A DNA stretch of 64,000 nucleotides from a virus. A program made the position numbers and the translations under genes. Under the pieces are notes generated by a model. It did no database searches. It worked only from the letters and a program-made list of their open reading frames with translations, and was not told the DNA's origin. Below are positions 58,501-64,000 of this stretch, piece after piece. The DNA lies in the IMG/VR virus record IMGVR_UViG_3300017917_002349, positions 1 through 64,000 of that record; one strand, written 5' to 3'. Each line of letters begins with the position of its first letter. Position 1 is the stretch's first letter.

Positions 58501-59073
58501 CATATGATGCTAAGAACTATCGCTCTAAGCGATCAAGTTTCTTATCCATGGTTCGCTCCAGCAGGTACACGTCGTGGCGGAATTACTAATGCTACAGCAG
58601 TTGGTTACATAGATGCAAGTTCAGGTGAGTTCCAAAGCGTTGCGTTGAATGAAGGTCAACGTGACACATTGTATGATCTTAAGATTAATCCTATTCCGTT
58701 CTTTGTTGGTGTAGGCTTGGTCGCATATGGTCAAAAAACTCGTGCTAGAAATGCTTCTGCACTAGACAGAATCAACGTTGCACGTTTGGTGGTCTACCTA
58801 CGTAGCCAATTAAACAAACTAGCTCGTCCGTATATCTTTGAACCAAATGACAAGATTACCAGAGACGAAATCAAAGGTGCTGTAGAAAGCCTGTTATTAG
58901 AGTTGGTAGGTCTAAGAGCTCTGTACGACTTTGCTGTGGTGTGTGACGACAGTAATAACACCCCAAGCAGAATTGATCGTAATGAACTTTATGTAGACAT
59001 TGCTATTGAACCAACCAAAGCAGTTGAATTTATCTACATACCATTGCGTATCAAGAACACAGGAGAGATTTAA
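55594..59073 (+). CDS. gp18: Tail sheath protein with large insertion
   Basis: LVSPGVQVTVIDES at the N-terminus; C-terminal PWFAPAG.RRG, LY...INP, GQKT, SALDRINV.RL, FEPND..TR, NN....IDRNEL..DI.I.P..A.EFI. Confidence 0.95.
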   Translation: MALVSPGVQVTVIDESFYTPAEPGTTPLIVIATAENKSNAAGTGTAVGTTAANAGKVFKVTSQRELVDTYGVPFFEKTASSTPIHGSERNEYGLLTAYSFLGVSNAAFILRADVNLDELEAQATVPGAEPIDGTWWVDTQATTWGIQEWNGAAATTTGGQKFAFKTPIVLTDADVAKIESNAPKGSVGSIGDYAIVLETVKGEDNLLSFTASKELARVWFKSPGGTYASGSLVDPGQWVLVGSPEWKASWPVVTGSGTTSLPAGSFTLNGTPISVSGGTSYSTLAGNINSLCSSQGISAKVSAAGFLQIFVDGTDSAASDSSAISRGILTVGGSSGTGTVLAALGISAGDYYPPSLQQTPHTQVPTWKSSGATPRPSGSVWIKTTEPNLGARWRIKRWNSATKTWIEISAPIYSSTYSALYYLDRSGGGVNLGANALFVQSNANEEVGQEETASFRIWKRRASGATVITSAAITSSSFTAGDYTFDLAESLAGESALSSYKTIEMTAANGNALAHNAADADKIATAINAAGFVHIVAEVTSDNKLQITHKAGGDMRFDDGTGTPLNNIFTAYSTSTGIGTANFYSVESLVDSAIGYVASSKTNEYLATNWAPLATDELRFAASGDAPLAEPEDGQLWYTPNFGEVDIMVHNGEIWVGYKHSTSPYAGTDDNGPIVAASMPTKQSDGTSNLVAGDLWISTADMENFPTIYRYNPDAGTTVAERWQLVDKTDQTTEEGVLFADARFGISGASGNTEGSIKELLSINYVDPDCPDPVLYPKGMLLWNLRRSGGNVKRYANNYIDTASDNVRYQAANSDLGNLPTAGDGMSSYATDRWVTASPNNEDGSGSFGRKAQRALVVQKLKSVIDTSEEARDEERRNFNLIACPGYPEALSNLINLNLDRGVTAFVVGDTPLRLPSNSTALLSYGTNANGALDNGDTGIVSYDEYCAVYYPNGFTTDLGGSNAVVPASHMMLRTIALSDQVSYPWFAPAGTRRGGITNATAVGYIDASSGEFQSVALNEGQRDTLYDLKINPIPFFVGVGLVAYGQKTRARNASALDRINVARLVVYLRSQLNKLARPYIFEPNDKITRDEIKGAVESLLLELVGLRALYDFAVVCDDSNNTPSRIDRNELYVDIAIEPTKAVEFIYIPLRIKNTGEI

Positions 59074-59075
59074 AA

Positions 59076-59708
59076 ATGGCACTAACTTCATTAAATAGGA
59101 TTTCAGTTCCGCCAAGCAACGGTAACAGCGGTACAGCGTTGCTAATGCCTAAACTTAAATATCGCTTTAGGGTGATATTATTGGGTTTTGGAGTTGAGGC
59201 CAGCACTGAATTAACAAAACAAGTCGCTGATGTTAAAAGACCAGTGGTCACTTTCGAAGAAATGGCTATTGATATCTATAACTCCAAGGTAAAACTAGCA
59301 GGTAAGCCTAGCTGGGAAGATGTAACCATCAATCTTAGAGATGATGCTAACGGACAAATCCAGAAATTAGTCGGTCAGCAAGTTCAGAAACAATTTGATT
59401 TCATGGAACAAGCATCTGCACGTTCTGGTATCGATTATAAGTTCCAAACTAATATCGAAGTACTAGACGGTGGTAACGGTGCTTTAGAACCAGCAATCCT
59501 TGAAAAATGGGAATTATATGGTTGTTTCCTATCTAGCGCAGACTACGGTGATGCTAACTATGCAACTAATGAGCCAATGACTGTTGCTTTAACTATCAAA
59601 TACGATAACGCTGTACAATTTGCAGGTGCTACTGGTTCTGGTATCGAAAGAGGTATCGGTGCTCTAGTAGGAAGAACTATCGGCGAAACCGTAACTGGAC
59701 GTCGTTAA
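59076..59708 (+). CDS. gp19: Tail tube protein
   Basis: PKLKYRFRV, LAGK.SW....I.LRDD, WELYGCF; directly after the sheath gene. Confidence 0.88.
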   Translation: MALTSLNRISVPPSNGNSGTALLMPKLKYRFRVILLGFGVEASTELTKQVADVKRPVVTFEEMAIDIYNSKVKLAGKPSWEDVTINLRDDANGQIQKLVGQQVQKQFDFMEQASARSGIDYKFQTNIEVLDGGNGALEPAILEKWELYGCFLSSADYGDANYATNEPMTVALTIKYDNAVQFAGATGSGIERGIGALVGRTIGETVTGRR

Positions 59709-59729
59709 TTTTTAAATTGATTCAAAAGG

Positions 59730-59754
59730 ACCCAGATAATTTCTGGGTTTTTTT
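59730..59754 (+). terminator. Rho-independent terminator
   Basis: ACCCAGA-TAATT-TCTGGGT followed by a T-tract. Confidence 0.75.
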
Positions 59755-59771
59755 GTGGCATAAATATTTGT

Positions 59772-60899
59772 ATGGCAAATGCATTTACAAGATTTCTCAA
59801 TGGCGGTAGAAACGGTATAGTCACCGGAGGAGTCAGCGGCTTCTTGGGTGGCGTAGTACAGGGATTGACCAATCCTAAGGGTGTGGTCGCCGACTGGCGC
59901 CATGCTTCAAAATTATTCTTACCTAATTACTATCGACTAGCACCAAGAACAAAGTACATGTTCTATGTGCGATTTGAAATAGAAAAATCAGTTCTTGATT
60001 CTACAACATTCGGCAATAAACATGCAGATGAAATTGGCTATTTGATTAAGAGCACAGATTTACCTAAGTATAAATTTGATACTGTAACTAAGAATCAATA
60101 CAATCGTAAGCATGTAATTTATAAAAATTTTGCATACGAACCATTAACTATGACCTTTAGAGACGATAGTCAAGGTATTATGAATGCATTATGGGCTATC
60201 TATATGGGAACATATGTTCAAGATAGACATAATCCCGATAGTGCATTTAGTAAAACTAATCTACGTGCCGAAGGAGATCCCAGAACAGCCTTTAGATATG
60301 GCCTAGACAAGCAAGGTAAATCAGCAGATTTCTTTACATCTGTCAGCATCTATACAATGAGTCGAAGAAGATTCTTAGGCTATACCTTAATTAACCCTAA
60401 GATCACTACATGGCAGCATGGTGCCGTCGATTATACCGCAAGCGAATTCAACGAAATGACCATGAACCTAGAGTACGAATCGGTGGTTTATTCTTCCGGG
60501 GAAGTTGGTGTAGATACTCCAAAAGGTTTTGCTACCCTATATTATGATAATGTTCCTAGTCCACTGACAGTGGCAGGCGGCGGTGTTTCAAATTTATTCG
60601 GTGAAGGCGGCGTCTTGGATGGCATAGAAAGTATATTTGGAGATGTAGCCGGCGGCACAGCATTCAGTAGTCCTGGAAGTTTTCTCAGCACAGCCATAAA
60701 GGCAGTTAACACAGCTAAAAATATAGGTAATCTCAGTAGTGCCAGCATCAAAGGCGAAGTAGTAAACATACTCAGCAGCCCTTCTACAGTATCGGGTATA
60801 GTGAATACTGTGGGCGGTGTGGTTGGAGCAGCGTTTCCTAAAAATTCAGGAACCAATACAAATACCCCTGCCGTACAAAGAAATTTAACAGGAAATTAA
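59772..60899 (+). CDS. Tube-fold baseplate/tail tube initiator (gp54/gp48-like)
   Basis: DLPKY......NQYNRK.....Y.P..MTF.DD and YTLINP.IT.W.H...DY, which resemble a tube-protein paralog. Confidence 0.6.
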   Translation: MANAFTRFLNGGRNGIVTGGVSGFLGGVVQGLTNPKGVVADWRHASKLFLPNYYRLAPRTKYMFYVRFEIEKSVLDSTTFGNKHADEIGYLIKSTDLPKYKFDTVTKNQYNRKHVIYKNFAYEPLTMTFRDDSQGIMNALWAIYMGTYVQDRHNPDSAFSKTNLRAEGDPRTAFRYGLDKQGKSADFFTSVSIYTMSRRRFLGYTLINPKITTWQHGAVDYTASEFNEMTMNLEYESVVYSSGEVGVDTPKGFATLYYDNVPSPLTVAGGGVSNLFGEGGVLDGIESIFGDVAGGTAFSSPGSFLSTAIKAVNTAKNIGNLSSASIKGEVVNILSSPSTVSGIVNTVGGVVGAAFPKNSGTNTNTPAVQRNLTGN

Positions 60900-60900
60900 T

Positions 60901-61269
60901 GTGTCTACAAATTTACCAGCTGTAGCGATCCAAGACAGTGGATCTGCAACAAAACTTTTTTTTGATACCTACGGAAAAAGTCCGCTTGAATTTGCTGCTA
61001 ACGAAGTTACCGCTGCTGTGGGATTTTTTGAATCAAGGGGATTTGATGAGGACGCGGCTAGCTCTGTGGCAGTGGTACTGCTCAAACAGGCCAAACTTGA
61101 AGGTATTCCGATTTATAAGATATTAGATACTCTCAAGGGATTTGACAGTGTTCAGATCAGTGCATTAGTAGGGGAAATTCTTAATAATAATCGCGGAGTA
61201 GGCAGCACATTAGGATTTCGTGTGGTCACAGTAGATAAACAAAATCAAACAAGGAATATTGCTGCTTAA
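60901..61269 (+). CDS. Hypothetical protein
   Basis: 122 aa, GTG start, coupled to gp4. Confidence 0.6.
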   Translation: MSTNLPAVAIQDSGSATKLFFDTYGKSPLEFAANEVTAAVGFFESRGFDEDAASSVAVVLLKQAKLEGIPIYKILDTLKGFDSVQISALVGEILNNNRGVGSTLGFRVVTVDKQNQTRNIAA

Positions 61270-61709
61270 TGCCTAGATTTGCACAGGGTCGATTTGAAAT
61301 GAAAAACCCTGCGAAATATGTAGGGAAGAAAACACCACTGGCTAGGAGTTCGTGGGAGTTCGTGTTCATGCGTATGTTAGATGAACACCCTGGGGTAGAA
61401 AATTGGGCCAGCGAAAGCATACAGATTCCATACAGGGATCCGCTAACAGGCAAGTACACCATATATGTGCCTGATTTTTTTGTCGTCTATAAAGACAAAA
61501 ATGGACGTAAGCATGCCGAAGTAGTAGAAGTTAAACCGCAGAGCCAAACTATTCGAGAATCTGTTGGCAAGAGTCAGTATAATCAAGAACAATATGTGAA
61601 AAATCTAGCCAAATGGGAAGCCGCAGTGGCCTGGTGCAAACAACAGGGTATTAGATTTAGGGTAGTCAACGAAGGCGATATTTTCCATCAAGGCTCAAAA
61701 CGCAGATAA
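61269..61709 (+). CDS. gp4: Head completion nuclease (TnsA-like PD-(D/E)XK)
   Basis: G.F..KNP.KY.G, RSSWE..FM..LD, W.SE...IPY..P, Y.PDF, EVKP..QT, N.AKW.AA. Confidence 0.9.
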   Translation: MPRFAQGRFEMKNPAKYVGKKTPLARSSWEFVFMRMLDEHPGVENWASESIQIPYRDPLTGKYTIYVPDFFVVYKDKNGRKHAEVVEVKPQSQTIRESVGKSQYNQEQYVKNLAKWEAAVAWCKQQGIRFRVVNEGDIFHQGSKRR

Positions 61710-61716
61710 GTACAAT

Positions 61717-62202
61717 ATGACTAAAAAGTTAGAAGAATTATTTAATCTAGAGGATACTAAGCCTGACCCAAAAGAAGTAGAAGAGGTTAAGATCAAAGAG
61801 CACGACGAAGTAAAAAGCCTAGATCAGAGTTATGCAGCAGTGGCTAAAATTACTCAAGAATTACCAGCGATCAAAGAATTAGATACTCTAGACGAACAAG
61901 AATTAGACGCCTTGTCTAAAAAAGCAGAAGATGCCTATGATGATCTAATGGATCTTGGCATGAATGTAGAAGTACGATATGCTGGACGTATATTCGAAGT
62001 TGCTGGTACTATGATGAAAAACGCTATCGATGCCAAAGCTGCAAAGATAGATAGGAAACTCAAAGCAGTAGATCTTCAACTTAAAAAATATAAGATCGAC
62101 AAGGACAACAACGAAGAATCCAACGATAATGTAATAAATGGTCAGGGATATGTGATAAGTGATCGTAATGAACTGCTTAAAAAATTAAGCAAAAAGGAAT
62201 AA
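61717..62202 (+). CDS. gp16: Terminase small subunit-like
   Basis: Helical; RYAGRIFEVAG.M.K.A resembles the R.YEV motif of gp16-like proteins; RNELLK at the C-terminus; close to gp17. Confidence 0.55.
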   Translation: MTKKLEELFNLEDTKPDPKEVEEVKIKEHDEVKSLDQSYAAVAKITQELPAIKELDTLDEQELDALSKKAEDAYDDLMDLGMNVEVRYAGRIFEVAGTMMKNAIDAKAAKIDRKLKAVDLQLKKYKIDKDNNEESNDNVINGQGYVISDRNELLKKLSKKE

Positions 62203-62210
62203 ATACTACT

Positions 62211-62723
62211 ATGAAAACTTTTAAAGAATACCTTGCCGAAAGTCAAAAAACCTACAGCTTCAAGATCAAAGTTGCTGGAGATTTGCCCGAGTCTTTTGTA
62301 GAAAATCTAAAAACCAGCTTAGATAGATGTAAAGTATCTAAACTAAGCAAGATAAATTCTACGCCGATACAGGCGCAACCTATGGATTTTCCGACTCTTA
62401 AAAACTGTGAAGTACATATGTTTGAGGTCGTATGTGAATATCCTATTACAGTGCCTGAAATTGCCAATGATATCAAATCTGTTGGTATAGATGAAACTTA
62501 TTTCAAGATCCGCAACAGCAATGAACCAGACCTAGAAGAAGTTGCAACAAAAGAAGACAATGTCAAACATAAAGACTATTTTGGAGACGATTTCAACAAG
62601 GGGTTTTTAAAAGACTTAGACAAGGCCGCCAAGCAAAGAAAAAAAGATGGTGTGCAGACAGAATACAAGCTGCCTAAGGCCAAACAAGATAAAGCAGGTG
62701 CAAAAAGCGCCTTAGGGAGTTAA
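62211..62723 (+). CDS. Candidate internal head protein with T4-type capsid targeting sequence
   Basis: MKTFKEYLAE closely matches the T4 internal-protein CTS MKTYQEFIAE. Confidence 0.6.
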   Translation: MKTFKEYLAESQKTYSFKIKVAGDLPESFVENLKTSLDRCKVSKLSKINSTPIQAQPMDFPTLKNCEVHMFEVVCEYPITVPEIANDIKSVGIDETYFKIRNSNEPDLEEVATKEDNVKHKDYFGDDFNKGFLKDLDKAAKQRKKDGVQTEYKLPKAKQDKAGAKSALGS

Positions 62724-62727
62724 TTAA

Positions 62728-63360
62728 ATGGATTTTCAAAGATTATTAGCAAAGATGCAGCAGTTGGATCAACCTGTGGGAGAAGAATGCGGCATGCCTG
62801 CTCCGACTATGGGTCCTATGTCAAGCCAACCTCCGATGGATCAGCCGCCACCAGCTCACCCTAGCCTAAGTATTAATCTAAATGCTCAGGGAATGGACCA
62901 CATAGAACAAATTATGAAATTAGTGGCCAAGGTAAATCCAGATATGAACAAACCTGAATTACCACCTTTACCTTCGATGGGTGCAGAGCCCAGCATTATG
63001 AGTATTAAACCAGATACATCTCCTTTGAAAATGTTGCCAGGTCTTGATCAGGATGACAGCGAAGAATCAGATGATGATGATGACGGACCTATTGTTAAAA
63101 TCAGCGGTCCGGAAGATAATGAGGATGACGAAGATAAAGACGAAGCATATGGTAATTCTCCTATAGGCGGTGCGGAACCAGAAGTTAAAGACATCGATGC
63201 AGCCGTACCAAACGGTAATGATCTTAATAAACCAAAGAAGAGTTTCAGTGATAAACCATATAGGGGAGACAATCCTATGGCTGCTGAATCTACAGATCTT
63301 CGTTCTCAAATTCGCGCAGAATTAATGAGAAGATTAAATGAATCTAAGGGAGTGAAATAA
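62728..63360 (+). CDS. Pro/acidic-rich hypothetical protein (possible head-internal)
   Basis: 210 aa, low complexity, with L-x-E / A-x-E sites. Confidence 0.55.
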   Translation: MDFQRLLAKMQQLDQPVGEECGMPAPTMGPMSSQPPMDQPPPAHPSLSINLNAQGMDHIEQIMKLVAKVNPDMNKPELPPLPSMGAEPSIMSIKPDTSPLKMLPGLDQDDSEESDDDDDGPIVKISGPEDNEDDEDKDEAYGNSPIGGAEPEVKDIDAAVPNGNDLNKPKKSFSDKPYRGDNPMAAESTDLRSQIRAELMRRLNESKGVK

Positions 63361-63716
63361 TGGGAGCCTTTACAAGAGTAAACGGCCTACGAAATACCGT
63401 AGGAACATTGTACATGGATAACTGCAATATGTTTGTGATTCAGGTACAAAATGCAGCTAACGCTAATAGAGACCTAAGAGCTGAGGATGATGCCATTGAC
63501 GAAGCGGTTGAATACATCGTTAAAGAATTAAATCCGTTGGCATTTTTTGTAGTAGATGCTAATACTGGATTGATATATGTTGTAATGGATAAAAATATCA
63601 ACAGTGCATCTGAGCTACAGGCACGTATCCGTGCTATGGGCACAGCAGTGGGTGTTAACAGTATCGATGTTACTGGTACCGATGTAACTCTTGCCACATC
63701 ATTGACTCTAGCATAA
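63360..63716 (+). CDS. Small hypothetical virion protein
   Basis: 118 aa, coupled to the upstream gene and followed by a terminator. Confidence 0.55.
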   Translation: MGAFTRVNGLRNTVGTLYMDNCNMFVIQVQNAANANRDLRAEDDAIDEAVEYIVKELNPLAFFVVDANTGLIYVVMDKNINSASELQARIRAMGTAVGVNSIDVTGTDVTLATSLTLA

Positions 63717-63730
63717 TCAAATACGATATC

Positions 63731-63758
63731 AAATAGGGCCGTAAGGCCCTATTTTTTT
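63731..63758 (+). terminator. Rho-independent terminator
   Basis: AAATAGGGCC-GTAA-GGCCCTATTT followed by a T-tract. Confidence 0.85.
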
Positions 63759-63771
63759 CAGTAAATACAGT

Positions 63772-64000
63772 ATGGGAAAATCATTAGATGGCGTCTTAAT
63801 TAAAAAGGCGCATAAAAAAGATCGATATACACTGGAGGAGATAGAACATTTAGAAAAATGTTTAGATCCAGTGGAGGGCCCTCTTTACTTCTGTAAAAAC
63901 TTTCTAAAAATACAGCATCCTACACGTGGTGCTATAAAATTTGAACCCTACGAATATCAAGAAAGATTACTCAAAGCATATCACGATAATAAACAAACCA
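63772..64000 (+). CDS. gp17: Terminase large subunit, 5' fragment (runs off window end)
   Basis: MGKSLDGVLIKKAH...EIEHLEKCLDPVEGPLYFCKNFLKIQHPTRGAIKFEPYEYQERLL; E..KC..DP.YF...F..I.H..G...F..Y.YQ is the gp17 N-terminus. TAAATA 4 nt upstream. Confidence 0.88.
   Translation, partial: MGKSLDGVLIKKAHKKDRYTLEEIEHLEKCLDPVEGPLYFCKNFLKIQHPTRGAIKFEPYEYQERLLKAYHDNKQT

Noticed and set aside
1-64000. Stop-codon reassignment, tRNA genes, introns or inteins in core genes
   Set aside because: Core genes are intact and dense in the standard code, with TAA, TAG and TGA all used as stops; no cloverleaf or intein motifs noticed by eye.

Overview
This window is the virion morphogenesis region of a large T4-superfamily myophage. 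It uses the standard genetic code, and I saw no host genes, tRNA, rRNA or CRISPR array. Recognisable genes, in order: partial GIY-YIG/SegB-like nuclease, gp26-like hub/chaperone, tape-measure with a GH19 lysozyme-like domain, portal gp20, protease gp21, scaffold gp22, major capsid gp23, a ~35 kb tail-fibre/appendage cluster (1819, 2784 and 2237 aa proteins), gp15, gp14, gp13, dNMP kinase, sheath gp18, tube gp19, gp4, gp16-like small terminase and the start of gp17. Most notable observations: (1) repeated helical domains in the giant fibre proteins resemble phycobiliprotein (globin-fold) subunits and keep the bilin-attachment C-x-R-D motif; (2) a ~450 nt hairpin-dense non-coding region follows the GIY-YIG gene; (3) three ~9-10% Cys Gly-rich adhesin paralogs sit next to a GT9 glycosyltransferase + carbamoyltransferase cassette, and two more glycosyltransferase-like genes lie in the head module; (4) a -1 slippery site links the gp26-like gene to an overlapping ORF; (5) TAAATA late promoters lie 4-7 nt before ATG in 11 genes, implying leaderless mRNAs. 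All family assignments come from motif recognition by eye; no database searches were run.
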